DNA of 32,000 bases, from the NCBI GenBank assembly GCA_965247685.1, contig OZ252021.1:690001-722000 (forward strand). The letters run 5' to 3'. This stretch comes from Bdellovibrionales bacterium (GTDB taxonomy: Bacteria > Bdellovibrionota > Bdellovibrionia > Bdellovibrionales > UBA1609). Position numbers and translations under genes: made by a program. Positions 1-9,204 of this stretch are shown piece after piece. The notes below the pieces were generated by a model. It was not told the origin of the DNA and did no database searches. It saw only the letters and a program-made list of their open reading frames with translations. Each line of letters opens with the position of its first letter. Positions within the stretch are counted from its first letter, which is position 1.

Positions 1-1
1 A

Positions 2-1033
2 GATTATCGAGTTTGTCCAGGAGCTAAGAAGGACTGCGACAAAGAAACACTAAAACCGACCCAAGCTCAGTATGAATTTGTTTATTTTGGCAATCAAAAA
101 CTAAAACCTGAGCAATCAAAATTCTACAATATAGGAATCGGTTTAGAGCCTGTTAAAAATGTATTCTTAGGATTGGATTACTTTGTGAATCAAGTGGATA
201 AACGGATTTTGGAGCCTCAGATAAGTGAAATCACGGATTTAGCGCGTTACCATCCTGAAGCTTTTAAAGACGAATTTGAAGCAGAGTACTCTACCGAAAT
301 TATAGATGATAGCGACGGAAGCTCTCTAAGAGCTATTAAATCTAAGATTTATAATTTTGGCTCAGTTAGAAATCGAGGTTTAGAAGCGAGTTTGAATATG
401 CAGTTTCCAGTTTTTACCTCTAGTAGTTTTTTCTTAGGAACTCAAGCGACCTACTACATTGAAAGTTTAGTGAAGCGTCCTTACTTGGAAGAAGAGTTTG
501 TATCCCAACTTGGAAATTGGGGGGTTCCTCCTTACGTGCTTCAATCTAGTTTGGGGATGAAATATAAAAATGGAGTTCAATGGTTTTTATCTGGTAAGTT
601 GACAGGTCAATTTAATCAAAAAGCTTCAGACAAAGAAGCTCCGGATGATTTTTTAAGAAGATCTGTAAAAATGGCTGTAAAGACGGTTCAAAAGCAATTC
701 TCGAAAAACAAAAAAGAAGTTAAAAAAGCTTTGAAGTCTGAAGTTTGTGTGGCTTATAATGATGCGTCTGAAGGTGCTATTTGCCAAGTGGCTCATCATT
801 TGAATTTAGACTTTAGCTTATTCTTGCCTTTGTCTGCTGTGGATGGGGATCCTAATACAAATTTACTTTTCAAAATTGAAAATGTTCTTAACACTGCACT
901 TCCAGAGCATCGTATAGGTGGGAATCAGCAGGAGAATATCAATGGAATCCGTGCTAATGGGTTTGTACCTGTAGGAATGTATAACGGTGTGAATGGTCGA
1001 GCTTTTACAATTCAAGTGAATCATAAGTTTTAA
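2..1033 (+). CDS. TonB-dependent outer-membrane receptor, C-terminal part (5' end upstream of window)
   Basis: The frame is open from nt 2, so the TTG at 173 in the ORF track is internal. The protein ends with the typical C-terminal aromatic residue (...FTIQVNHKF*). It lies directly upstream of an ExbB/ExbD/TonB operon. Confidence 0.7.
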   Translation, partial: DYRVCPGAKKDCDKETLKPTQAQYEFVYFGNQKLKPEQSKFYNIGIGLEPVKNVFLGLDYFVNQVDKRILEPQISEITDLARYHPEAFKDEFEAEYSTEIIDDSDGSSLRAIKSKIYNFGSVRNRGLEASLNMQFPVFTSSSFFLGTQATYYIESLVKRPYLEEEFVSQLGNWGVPPYVLQSSLGMKYKNGVQWFLSGKLTGQFNQKASDKEAPDDFLRRSVKMAVKTVQKQFSKNKKEVKKALKSEVCVAYNDASEGAICQVAHHLNLDFSLFLPLSAVDGDPNTNLLFKIENVLNTALPEHRIGGNQQENINGIRANGFVPVGMYNGVNGRAFTIQVNHKF

Positions 1034-1074
1034 GTGAGAGGAATCATTTTTAATTTTGAAGTTTATCTAAAGAA

Positions 1075-1884
1075 GTGATGTATAAAGTATTTTTATTGGT
1101 TTTAATATGGGGTGGTTTTTATTCCAACGCAAAAGAAACTACCCATTCTGTGGTTCAGGAGCAGGTTACAAATGATCAACTAGCTGCTCAGTCTCAAGAA
1201 ATAATTTCAAAAATTGCTAAAGAGAGTTTAGATCTTGCTAATGAATATCGCTCCGCTTTAGAAGACATTAATAATGTCCGCATTTATAATGAACAATTAA
1301 GAATCCGTATTGAATCTCAAAAAAAAGAAAAAGTATCTCTTCGTAAACAGATTCATGATGTTGAGAACATGGATACGGAAATTGTTCCATTGATGTTGGA
1401 GATGTTAGATGCCTTAGAAAAATTTGTTCAATTAGATATTCCATTTGAAAAGATAGACCGAGAAAAAACTCTAAAAGATTTACAGGCTATGATGGATCGG
1501 GCAGACGTAACTAATGCTGAAAAGTATCGAAGAATTTTAGAAGCTTATCAGATTGAAAGTGAGTACGGTAGAACCATTGGAGCTTATCGTGCTTTACAAA
1601 ATATAGAAGGAAAAGATCTAACAGTGGATTTCTTACGTCTTGGACGTTTAAGTCTTATTTACCAAACTTTGGATAAGAATAAGAGTGCTTATTGGTCTCA
1701 AGCTCAAAAATCTTGGGTAAAGATTCCTTCCAAATATAATCGAGCTATTTCTTTAGGTATTAAAGTGGCTCGCAATCAAACAGCACCTAACTTTGTGACA
1801 GCTTGGGTTTCTGCGCCTACTGAAAGCACAGTTCGACTGGAGTCTATGAAAGTGGAAACAGAAAGAGAAGGTGAGGGAGAATGA
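1075..1884 (+). CDS. DUF3450-like periplasmic coiled-coil protein (TtpB-like accessory protein of TonB2-type systems)
   Basis: N-terminal signal peptide, a long coiled-coil and a C-terminal block (EAYQIESEYGRTIGAY...VDFLRLGRLSLIYQTLD) that resembles my recollection of the DUF3450 family. Its stop overlaps the next start (ATGA at 1881-1884). Confidence 0.55.
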   Translation: MMYKVFLLVLIWGGFYSNAKETTHSVVQEQVTNDQLAAQSQEIISKIAKESLDLANEYRSALEDINNVRIYNEQLRIRIESQKKEKVSLRKQIHDVENMDTEIVPLMLEMLDALEKFVQLDIPFEKIDREKTLKDLQAMMDRADVTNAEKYRRILEAYQIESEYGRTIGAYRALQNIEGKDLTVDFLRLGRLSLIYQTLDKNKSAYWSQAQKSWVKIPSKYNRAISLGIKVARNQTAPNFVTAWVSAPTESTVRLESMKVETEREGEGE

Positions 1885-3242
1885 TTAAGAGTATTACATT
1901 ACTTTTTCTAGGAGTTGCTTTTTTTGCTACAGCTCAAACTACTCCAGTGCGATCTTTAGAAGATCTAATGAAACTTGTTCAACAAGAAAGTTTAGAACAG
2001 AATCAAGAGTTTAAAGAAAGGCAAAGACGCTTTCTTAATGAAAAAAATGATCAGCAATTATTACTTCAAACTGCCAAAGCAGAACTCGCAGAATTAAGAA
2101 AAGTTCAAAAAAGATTATTGGATCAGTATAATGCTCATGAAAAAGAACTTGCTACACTTCAAAAAGAGCTCAATATTATTATTGGTTCCATGGGAGAGCT
2201 CTTTGGTGCTGTGAAACAAGTGGCAGGGGATTTTTCTGGAAAAATTTCTTCTTCCATCGTGTCTGCTGAGATTCCTAATCGAACACCTTTTCTCATTCAA
2301 ATTGCAAATCAAAAAGAGATGCCTGATATTCACACTCTTCGCCGATTGTGGGCAGAGCTTGTTATGGAGATGACAGAGCTTGGTCAAGTAAGAAAATTTA
2401 AAGGCACTGTGGTTTTAAATGATGGCTCTAGAGAAGAAAGACAAATTGTTCGTGTGGGTGGATTTAATTTAGTGAGCGATGGGGAGTACCTTTCCTACCA
2501 AAACGACACACAACAAATTACGGAACTCACTAAGCAACCTCCACGTCATCTACGTAGTCATATTTCTACACTCGAATCTGCAGATAAGGGGGAGAGGACT
2601 TTTGCTTTAGATCCTTCAAGGGGCACTCTACTTTCTGTTCTTCTTAAAGTTCCTTCCTTAGGAGAACGTATAGAACAAGGGGGACTTGTGGGGTACTTTA
2701 TTATTCTCCTGTTCTTTGTGGGGCTTGGTATAGGCGGTTATCGATTTATTGTCATTCGAAAAGAAGGGATTAAAATTAAAGAGCAATTAAAAACAGATCA
2801 AATCGACGAGTCGAACCCTATCGGACAACTTAGAAAAACCTTTGAACAGTATCAAACTCAAGATGTTGAAGCTTTAGAGCTGAAGTTGGATGAAGTGGTG
2901 GTGAAATCTTTACCAACTTTTGAAAAAGGAATTGGCCTGATTCGTATTTTCGCAGCCGTAGCACCTCTTTGTGGATTACTAGGGACAGTGCTGGGTATGA
3001 TTAATACCTTTCAAGCAATCACTTTATTTGGAACAGGAGATCCGAAGCTTATGGCGGGTGGTATTTCAGAAGCTTTGATTACAACGACTTTAGGGTTGTG
3101 TTGTGCGATTCCTTTATTATTTTTACACACATTTATTTCTTCAAGAGCTCAAGATATTATTCAAATTCTTGAGGAACAGATGGCGGGTCTTATTGTAAAG
3201 AAAGTGCAAAATAAAACAGCACCATTAGACTCTCGTGTATAA
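1881..3242 (+). CDS. Long MotA/TolQ/ExbB-family proton channel protein (TtpC-like)
   Basis: 453 aa with a signal peptide and a large periplasmic N-domain. The C-terminal domain carries the MotA/ExbB motif LCGLLGTVLGMINTF...GDPKLMAGGISEALITT. Confidence 0.75.
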   Translation: MIKSITLLFLGVAFFATAQTTPVRSLEDLMKLVQQESLEQNQEFKERQRRFLNEKNDQQLLLQTAKAELAELRKVQKRLLDQYNAHEKELATLQKELNIIIGSMGELFGAVKQVAGDFSGKISSSIVSAEIPNRTPFLIQIANQKEMPDIHTLRRLWAELVMEMTELGQVRKFKGTVVLNDGSREERQIVRVGGFNLVSDGEYLSYQNDTQQITELTKQPPRHLRSHISTLESADKGERTFALDPSRGTLLSVLLKVPSLGERIEQGGLVGYFIILLFFVGLGIGGYRFIVIRKEGIKIKEQLKTDQIDESNPIGQLRKTFEQYQTQDVEALELKLDEVVVKSLPTFEKGIGLIRIFAAVAPLCGLLGTVLGMINTFQAITLFGTGDPKLMAGGISEALITTTLGLCCAIPLLFLHTFISSRAQDIIQILEEQMAGLIVKKVQNKTAPLDSRV

Positions 3243-3260
3243 AGAGAGAAAGGAGAAATT

Positions 3261-3782
3261 TTGAGTTATCTGATCGAGTTGATTCAAGATTTTTTTTACC
3301 AAGGTGGATGGGTCTTACTTGTTATTTTTTTTGCTGTTTTGTTGATGCTCTATTTTATTTTAGAGAGATTTTTTTATTTTAAAGTAGAATTTTCAAAAGA
3401 CCTTGAGTCTTCTTTGAAAGAGTGGAAAAATTATCCTCATAAAAAATCTCGACTGGGGAATAAAGTTTTATCTTTGGAAATATCAGAACTTCATGCTTTG
3501 TTGGATAAAAATTTGAATTATATTAAAACTTTAATAGGAGTATGCCCTTTAATGGGTCTTTTAGGAACAGTGACGGGAATGATTTCTGTTTTTGAAATCA
3601 TGGCTGTAGTCGGTACAGGAAACGCTCGGCTGATGGCAGGCGGTATTTCAATGGCGACTATTCCCACTATGGCAGGAATGCTGAGCGCTCTCGTAGGTCT
3701 TTATTTTAGCAACCAATTAGAGTATTTATCGAAGATGAAAAAACAAAAAACAAAAGAGATGTTTGTTGGAGTTAGAAATTGA
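3261..3782 (+). CDS. exbB: ExbB/TolQ-family proton channel subunit
   Basis: 173 aa with three hydrophobic helices and the motif PLMGLLGTVTGMISVF...NARLMAGGISMA. TTG start. Confidence 0.8.
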   Translation: MSYLIELIQDFFYQGGWVLLVIFFAVLLMLYFILERFFYFKVEFSKDLESSLKEWKNYPHKKSRLGNKVLSLEISELHALLDKNLNYIKTLIGVCPLMGLLGTVTGMISVFEIMAVVGTGNARLMAGGISMATIPTMAGMLSALVGLYFSNQLEYLSKMKKQKTKEMFVGVRN

Positions 3783-4186
3783 GAAGAAGAAGAAACTTTA
3801 GAAAAGAGGCTGAATCCAACATAGATATTACACCTATGCTGGATATTGTATTTATCATGTTGATTTTCTTCATTGTGACTACTTCCTTTGTGAAAGAATC
3901 TGGAATTAATATCTACAGACCGTCAGCAAAAACAGCGGAGAAAAAAACACGAGCTTCTATTATGATAGCAATTAATCCGAAAGGGGAGGTTTGGATCGAC
4001 CGTCGCCGTGTCGATATTCAAGCAGTTAGAGCAAATGTGGAAAAGCTTAAAGCAGAAAGTCCCGAAGGTTCTGTGGTGATTCAGTCGGATAAAAATGCAA
4101 CGACAGGTATTTTGGTGCAGGTCATGGATCAAGTGCGGCTGGCGGGAGTGAAGAAGATATCTGTAGCCACACAAGAATCTCAGTAA
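3779..4186 (+). CDS. exbD: ExbD/TolR-family protein
   Basis: 135 aa with an N-terminal ExbD signature (DITPMLDIVFIMLIFFIVTT) and a single TM helix. Its start overlaps the exbB stop. Confidence 0.85.
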   Translation: MRRRRNFRKEAESNIDITPMLDIVFIMLIFFIVTTSFVKESGINIYRPSAKTAEKKTRASIMIAINPKGEVWIDRRRVDIQAVRANVEKLKAESPEGSVVIQSDKNATTGILVQVMDQVRLAGVKKISVATQESQ

Positions 4187-4198
4187 GAGGGAGAACCC

Positions 4199-4798
4199 TT
4201 GTTTAAAAAAATATTTATTCTTTTATGTGCATCTGTTGTTTGCTCTTTGGCTATTTTTTCTTTTATGGCTTATTTGATTTCTAATAACCATGACTTGAGT
4301 TTGTTAAAAGATTCTAATGAAGTGATCGATTTTTCTATGAATAAGACTCGTTCTCGAATATTTGAAAAAAAACGAGAGTTGCCAGAAGAGAAAAAGAAAA
4401 CGCCTCCACCACCTCCTCAAAAAATTCAACCTATTGTTGCACCTATTCGCTCCTTGGTGGGAGATATGGGATCTTTAGATTTGGTTGGAGATTTTGCAGA
4501 TGGAGTGGGGGGAAGTTACTCAGATATTATGCCTATCGTGCGTATTAATCCTGTTTATCCTCCGGATGCAGCTATGACGGGAACAGAGGGTTGGGTGCGC
4601 GTAAGGTTCACCATTATTCAATCGGGGAGTGTTCGAAATGTACGAGTGTTAAAATCTTTTCCGGTTAATGTTTTTGATCGCTCCGCAGTGCAAGCTGTGT
4701 CTCGTTGGAAGTATCGCCCTCAAATGGAAAATGGAGAACCTGTTTCTGTCACACATACTACTCAATTAGATTTTGTTCTTGAAAAAGAAAACAGTTAA
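4199..4798 (+). CDS. tonB: TonB energy transducer
   Basis: N-terminal TM helix, Pro-rich spacer (KKKTPPPPPQKIQPIVAP) and a TonB C-terminal domain (YPPDAAMTGTEGWVRVRF...FDRSAVQAVSRWKYRP). Confidence 0.8.
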   Translation: MFKKIFILLCASVVCSLAIFSFMAYLISNNHDLSLLKDSNEVIDFSMNKTRSRIFEKKRELPEEKKKTPPPPPQKIQPIVAPIRSLVGDMGSLDLVGDFADGVGGSYSDIMPIVRINPVYPPDAAMTGTEGWVRVRFTIIQSGSVRNVRVLKSFPVNVFDRSAVQAVSRWKYRPQMENGEPVSVTHTTQLDFVLEKENS

Positions 4799-4881
4799 TA
4801 AAGTTCTTGATTTGTTTTTTCTAATTCTTTTATTTGAAAAAACGAGAATCGACATTTATATTCCTTTAAACAAGGTGTCTT

Positions 4882-5289
4882 ATGAGTTTTTTAAATCAGG
4901 CCAATGGTGTCATTTCTATAAAAGATATTTCTGTAATGGTTCACCTTGGTGTGAGCGTAGAAGAAAGAAAAAAACAACAAGAAATTTTATGGACGGTTCG
5001 GTATACTCTATCCTCACTTCCTTCTTTCTGGCTTTATCTTCAAAATAAAATAACTCAACAAAACTTAAAGTCCTATGTGTGCTATGAGGCATTGACTCTT
5101 AAAATTATTGAATACTCTCAACAACAAGAATTTTTTCTGATAGAAGAGCTCACTTTATTTTGTTATGAAAAACTAAAAAAAGATTTTCCTCAAATGAAAA
5201 AGCTTTATCTGAAACTTAAAAAAATTTCTCCTCCTTTAGTTCATGTGCGAGGGGGAGTTCAATTTGAATACGGTGATAAAATAAAATGA
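4882..5289 (+). CDS. folB: Dihydroneopterin aldolase-like protein
   Basis: FolB-like pattern (ISIKDISVMVHLGVSVEERKKQQEI...; ...FFLIEELTLFCYEKL...LKLKKISPP). Translationally coupled to folK-folP through an ATGA overlap at 5286-5289. Confidence 0.6.
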   Translation: MSFLNQANGVISIKDISVMVHLGVSVEERKKQQEILWTVRYTLSSLPSFWLYLQNKITQQNLKSYVCYEALTLKIIEYSQQQEFFLIEELTLFCYEKLKKDFPQMKKLYLKLKKISPPLVHVRGGVQFEYGDKIK

Positions 5290-6557
5290 ATCAAAAAGTA
5301 TATTTAGGTTTAGGCTCTAATATTGACAACCGCTTATCTTATTTAAAACAAGCTATCGAACTTCTTTCTCAAAAAATAAAGATTATAAAAACATCTTCGA
5401 TATACGAAACTCCAGCTAAAGTTTCTGATCCTTGTCCTGAAGATTGGAATCATCCTTTTTTAAATATGGTTTTAGAGGTCGAATGTTTCATGGATCTGGA
5501 GTCATTACTTATTTTTATTCGAGGCATTGAAGAAAAACTTGATCGCCCCCCTAGCCATATAAAGTGGTCTCCTCGTACCATAGATATTGATATTTTAGCT
5601 TCAGACTCTGCTGTTGTGAATTCCAAGAATTTAAAAGTTCCTCACCCTTTACTTGAGAATAGAGACTTTGTTTTATCTCCTTTTCGGGATATTCGACCTT
5701 CGTTTGTCATTAAGAATAATCAAAGTGTTTTGAAGCTATCTCGAAAATTAAAGACGAAAAGTCCGAGTTGGATGGATATTATTAATATTACTCCGGATTC
5801 TTTTTCTGATGGAGGAAAATGGAGTGATGAAAAAGTGATTAAAGAACGGATGATGAAGAATAAAAATCATTTTATTCAATGGGTGGATGTGGGAGGTTAT
5901 TCGACTCGACCTCAAGCAGAAGATCTTTCTCTCGAAGAGGAGTGGCGTAGAATTCAACCTGTATTTAAAATTTTTAATCAATATTCCCTAAACTTTACGA
6001 AATTAAGTGTAGATACTTTTAGAGCTGAGATAGCTCAGAAAGCCCTTAAAGAGGGTGTATCCATGATTAATGATGTGAGCGGTTTAAAAGATTCTAACAT
6101 GATTTCTATTTTGAAAAATTCAGATTGTGATTATGTTCTTATGCACAGCCTGACAGTCCCTGCAGATAAAAAAATCACTTTGCCTTTAGAAAAAAATCCT
6201 GTGGAAGAAATTCAAAATTGGTTAGAAAAAAAACTTAATCATCTGGAGAAAAATAAAATTAATCTCGATCGTATTATTTTTGATCCAGGAATTGGTTTCG
6301 GAAAAACCAGTGAACAGTCTTTACACATTCTTCAAAATATTGAAGAGTTTATGAAATACCCTTTGCGGTTGCTTGTAGGGCATTCTCGGAAATCTTTTAT
6401 GTCTTTATTCTCTCAACATCCTCCTGCAAATCGAGATGCGGAAAGCGTTGGATTCTCTATTCAACTCGCTCAAAAAGGAGTGGATATTCTTCGAGTTCAT
6501 AATGCTGTAAAGCACTCTAGATCTTGGCTTGCTTTTCGACACTCAAATGCTCCCTAA
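5286..6557 (+). CDS. folKP: Bifunctional HPPK / dihydropteroate synthase fusion (FolK-FolP)
   Basis: The N-terminal half has HPPK motifs (VYLGLGSNIDNRLSYL; WSPRTIDIDIL). The C-terminal half has DHPS motifs (IINITPDSFSDGG; DVGGYSTRP; SVDTF...MINDVSG; FDPGIGFGKT; GHSRKSF). Confidence 0.85.
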   Translation: MNQKVYLGLGSNIDNRLSYLKQAIELLSQKIKIIKTSSIYETPAKVSDPCPEDWNHPFLNMVLEVECFMDLESLLIFIRGIEEKLDRPPSHIKWSPRTIDIDILASDSAVVNSKNLKVPHPLLENRDFVLSPFRDIRPSFVIKNNQSVLKLSRKLKTKSPSWMDIINITPDSFSDGGKWSDEKVIKERMMKNKNHFIQWVDVGGYSTRPQAEDLSLEEEWRRIQPVFKIFNQYSLNFTKLSVDTFRAEIAQKALKEGVSMINDVSGLKDSNMISILKNSDCDYVLMHSLTVPADKKITLPLEKNPVEEIQNWLEKKLNHLEKNKINLDRIIFDPGIGFGKTSEQSLHILQNIEEFMKYPLRLLVGHSRKSFMSLFSQHPPANRDAESVGFSIQLAQKGVDILRVHNAVKHSRSWLAFRHSNAP

Positions 6558-6776
6558 CTTATCAAATCTTTCTGTAAGTGCTTCTTAAGTAAAACTTTTA
6601 TAGAGATATTTTTAAGCAATGGCTTCTGGAGGTCTAAGTGCTCCTTCCAAGCTTTGCAACCCTCAAAAATCTCTCACTTCCTCCCCGTAATCCGGCGAAT
6701 AAAGACTTTCATAATCATTGGAAATTATATACTCTAATGAATTGAAAATCCTGTTAATTCTAAAAATGGATACATC

Positions 6777-7505
6777 ATGAAGTCTACACTTAAAGTTGTT
6801 CCTATTTCCACAGCTTTATATTCTTCAGAAAAAGATTTAGAATCTTTTATTATAGAATCTTTAAAAGATTATCCTGTAAAAGAAAAATCTGTTTTAGCTG
6901 TTACATCAAAGATTTTCAGCCTTGCTGAAAATCGGCAGGTCTTTGAGTCTGATAAGGAAAAGCTCGTGCATCAAGAAGCAGACTATTATCTTGCTCAAAG
7001 TCACTATGGTCATCATTTAACCATAAAAGAAGGTGTTATTTTGTCTTCCGCAGGTATTGATCAATCTAATTCTCCAACTGGAGATTATTTACTACTTCCA
7101 AAAAATCCCTACTTATCTTTAAAAAATTTATGGCAGAATTTAAAAATAGAGTGGAAACTAAAAACACTAGGGCTGTTAATGACAGACTCTCATACCACTC
7201 CTTTAAGAAGGGGGGTCACGGGAGTGGCATTAGCTCACTGGGGATTTGAAGCAGTAACAGATTGTCGAGGGGATTTGGATCTTTATGATCGAGAACTTCA
7301 AGTCACAACTGTTAACAATAATGATGCTCTATCGACTATGGCTGTTTGGATGATGGGTGAAGGAAAAGAAAAGTGTCCTCTTGTGATGATTGAAAATGCC
7401 AACTTGAAATGGACGAATGAATCTTCTTCTGAGGAAATTCGCATTCCCTTAGAAGAAGACTTATATAGAGTCTTGTTAGAATCTAGGATAAAGAATAGAA
7501 AGTAA
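6777..7505 (+). CDS. CofE-family (F420-0:gamma-glutamyl ligase-like) protein, probable folate-pathway glutamate ligase (FolC2-like)
   Basis: CofE-family motifs: LAVTSKIFSLAENRQV, SAGIDQSNSP..LLLPKNP, LLMTDSHTTPLRRGVTGVALAHWGF. It sits next to folB and folKP. Confidence 0.65.
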   Translation: MKSTLKVVPISTALYSSEKDLESFIIESLKDYPVKEKSVLAVTSKIFSLAENRQVFESDKEKLVHQEADYYLAQSHYGHHLTIKEGVILSSAGIDQSNSPTGDYLLLPKNPYLSLKNLWQNLKIEWKLKTLGLLMTDSHTTPLRRGVTGVALAHWGFEAVTDCRGDLDLYDRELQVTTVNNNDALSTMAVWMMGEGKEKCPLVMIENANLKWTNESSSEEIRIPLEEDLYRVLLESRIKNRK

Positions 7506-9101
7506 ATGCTTATGAGATGGATTTGTATTTTTTTATTTTTGTTGGTTACTTCAAAGGTGATCTCTAAAAACACTAATAACCTACCTGTGAGAAAAATCAT
7601 AGATTCTATGACAGATGAGGAAAAAATAGCACAATTGATTACTGTTCGCACCTATGCTCCTGAACCTGTTGAAAATATTTTTAATGTTTTTGTTCCTGGG
7701 GGTTTTATCTACCACAGAAAATATCCAAGCACTAAAGAGGGGTATCTTTCTCGGATAAAAAGCATTGATTTTTTTACTCAATCGTCACTAAAGAAGTACT
7801 CTTTATTGCCATTGCAAATGGTGGATCAAGAAGGTTGTTCAGTGAATCGCTTTCCCAAAAAAACCTATTCTAAAAAACCCTTTCATCTGGCGGGTGCTCC
7901 AAAACTTGGAGCTGTTCAAGATTATTTTCTTGTTCAAAAGTTTGGAGAAGACTTAGGCCGTTATCTTTTTCTTTTTGGATATAATATGAATTTAGCTCCT
8001 GTGGTGGATATCTATAACTCTTCCAAAAAAGAAGAGTACATTGCTCAAAGAAGTATTAGCTCCGATTCCAATGTTGTTCAGAATGTGAGTCGAGCTTTTA
8101 CATTAGGTCTTCAAAAGCAAAAAGTGATTGCCACTTTCAAGCATTTTCCTGGATATTCCGGAGCGACTAAAAATTCTCACAATGAGATTGTTCGTATTTC
8201 CATTCCAAGAAAAGAAATCATAAAGAAGCATCTGGTACTTTATTCTTTTCAAGATGAACTTTCATCCCCTCAAGCTATTATGAGTAATATTGCCATTTAC
8301 GATCACCTTGATCGTTCGTCGACTGCTACTCTTTCAAAAAAAATTATTCAGAATTTATTAAGAGAAAAATTAAAATATGATGGAATCGTTATATCTGACG
8401 ATATTGGCATGAAGGGGTATAAAGAAAAAAGCTTAGTTCAGAGATCTATAAAAGCTATTTTAGCAGGGCATGATGTGATTTTACTTTCTGCTCATTTTAA
8501 TAATAAAAAAATTATACAAATTCATAAAAATTTGACTCATGAATTTCGAAAGAATAAATTGTTTAAGCAAAGAGTTTTAGAGAGCTTAGAAAGAGTGTTG
8601 AGGATTAAGAAAAATCTCACTTATGATTCTCGATCTTTTAAAAAAAGGCTTCAGTCTGTACTCAAGCAGGAGGAGAGGCTTTATTCGACTAACAATAAAC
8701 TAACTCAAAAAATTATGAAAGATTATTTCGACAAAAATCCTCAGTTAAATGGTTTCTTTTCAAAGAAAATTATTGTTTTTTCTGGTCAAAATGATGTGTA
8801 TAAATTAGTTCGTGATTCTGAAGCTTTTGACAAAATAATAAAATCGTCTCTTTCGAGAAAGGAGAGGAGTTTATTTTCTTTGCTTAAAGAGCCGAAGACC
8901 TTTGGAGTGTGTGTGGATCGAGGGGTTGCTTACTGTCAAAATTATGCAACAGATTCGCAGAAAAAAAAATTAGTAGTAGTGGATTCAAAATGTCGACCTG
9001 ATTCTCGCTTTGTAAAGGAGAAATATAAGGCTGTTATTCCTACTTATGGTCAATCGATGTTAGCTTTAAAGATGATTCTTGAAAAATTGTCCCATAAATA
9101 A
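7506..9101 (+). CDS. Secreted glycoside hydrolase family 3 protein (NagZ/beta-N-acetylhexosaminidase-like) with an uncharacterised C-terminal extension
   Basis: Signal peptide, then GH3 N-domain motifs KHFPGYSGATKNSH and GIVISDDIGMKG. The last ~170 aa are Lys-rich with no motif I recognise. Confidence 0.65.
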   Translation: MLMRWICIFLFLLVTSKVISKNTNNLPVRKIIDSMTDEEKIAQLITVRTYAPEPVENIFNVFVPGGFIYHRKYPSTKEGYLSRIKSIDFFTQSSLKKYSLLPLQMVDQEGCSVNRFPKKTYSKKPFHLAGAPKLGAVQDYFLVQKFGEDLGRYLFLFGYNMNLAPVVDIYNSSKKEEYIAQRSISSDSNVVQNVSRAFTLGLQKQKVIATFKHFPGYSGATKNSHNEIVRISIPRKEIIKKHLVLYSFQDELSSPQAIMSNIAIYDHLDRSSTATLSKKIIQNLLREKLKYDGIVISDDIGMKGYKEKSLVQRSIKAILAGHDVILLSAHFNNKKIIQIHKNLTHEFRKNKLFKQRVLESLERVLRIKKNLTYDSRSFKKRLQSVLKQEERLYSTNNKLTQKIMKDYFDKNPQLNGFFSKKIIVFSGQNDVYKLVRDSEAFDKIIKSSLSRKERSLFSLLKEPKTFGVCVDRGVAYCQNYATDSQKKKLVVVDSKCRPDSRFVKEKYKAVIPTYGQSMLALKMILEKLSHK

Positions 9102-9124
9102 TATAAACTTGTAAATGAGTAAAC

Positions 9125-9197
9125 GCTGGGGTAGCTCAATTGGTAGAGCAGCTGATTTGTAATCAGCAGGTTGGGGGTTCAAGTCCCTTCCTCAGCT
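9125..9197 (+). tRNA. tRNA-Thr (anticodon UGU)
   Basis: Hand-folded cloverleaf: acceptor GCTGGGG/CCTCAGC, D arm GCTC-AATTGGTA-GAGC, anticodon arm GCTGA-TTTGTAA-TCAGC, T arm GGGGG-TTCAAGT-CCCTT. No encoded CCA. Confidence 0.88.
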
Positions 9198-9204
9198 TTT
9201 TTTT

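Noticed and set aside
2115-2387. Antisense ORFs inside the TonB-system, folKP and GH3 genes (2115-2387, 3923-4174, 5748-5981, 7298-7651, 7581-7781)
   Set aside because: They are embedded antisense in well-supported genes, and their Cys/His/Arg-rich composition is typical of reverse-frame translation.
4773-5048. 91-aa ORF overlapping the tonB end and the folB start
   Set aside because: It is out of frame with folB, which has recognisable aldolase features. It has a TTG start inside tonB and resembles no family.
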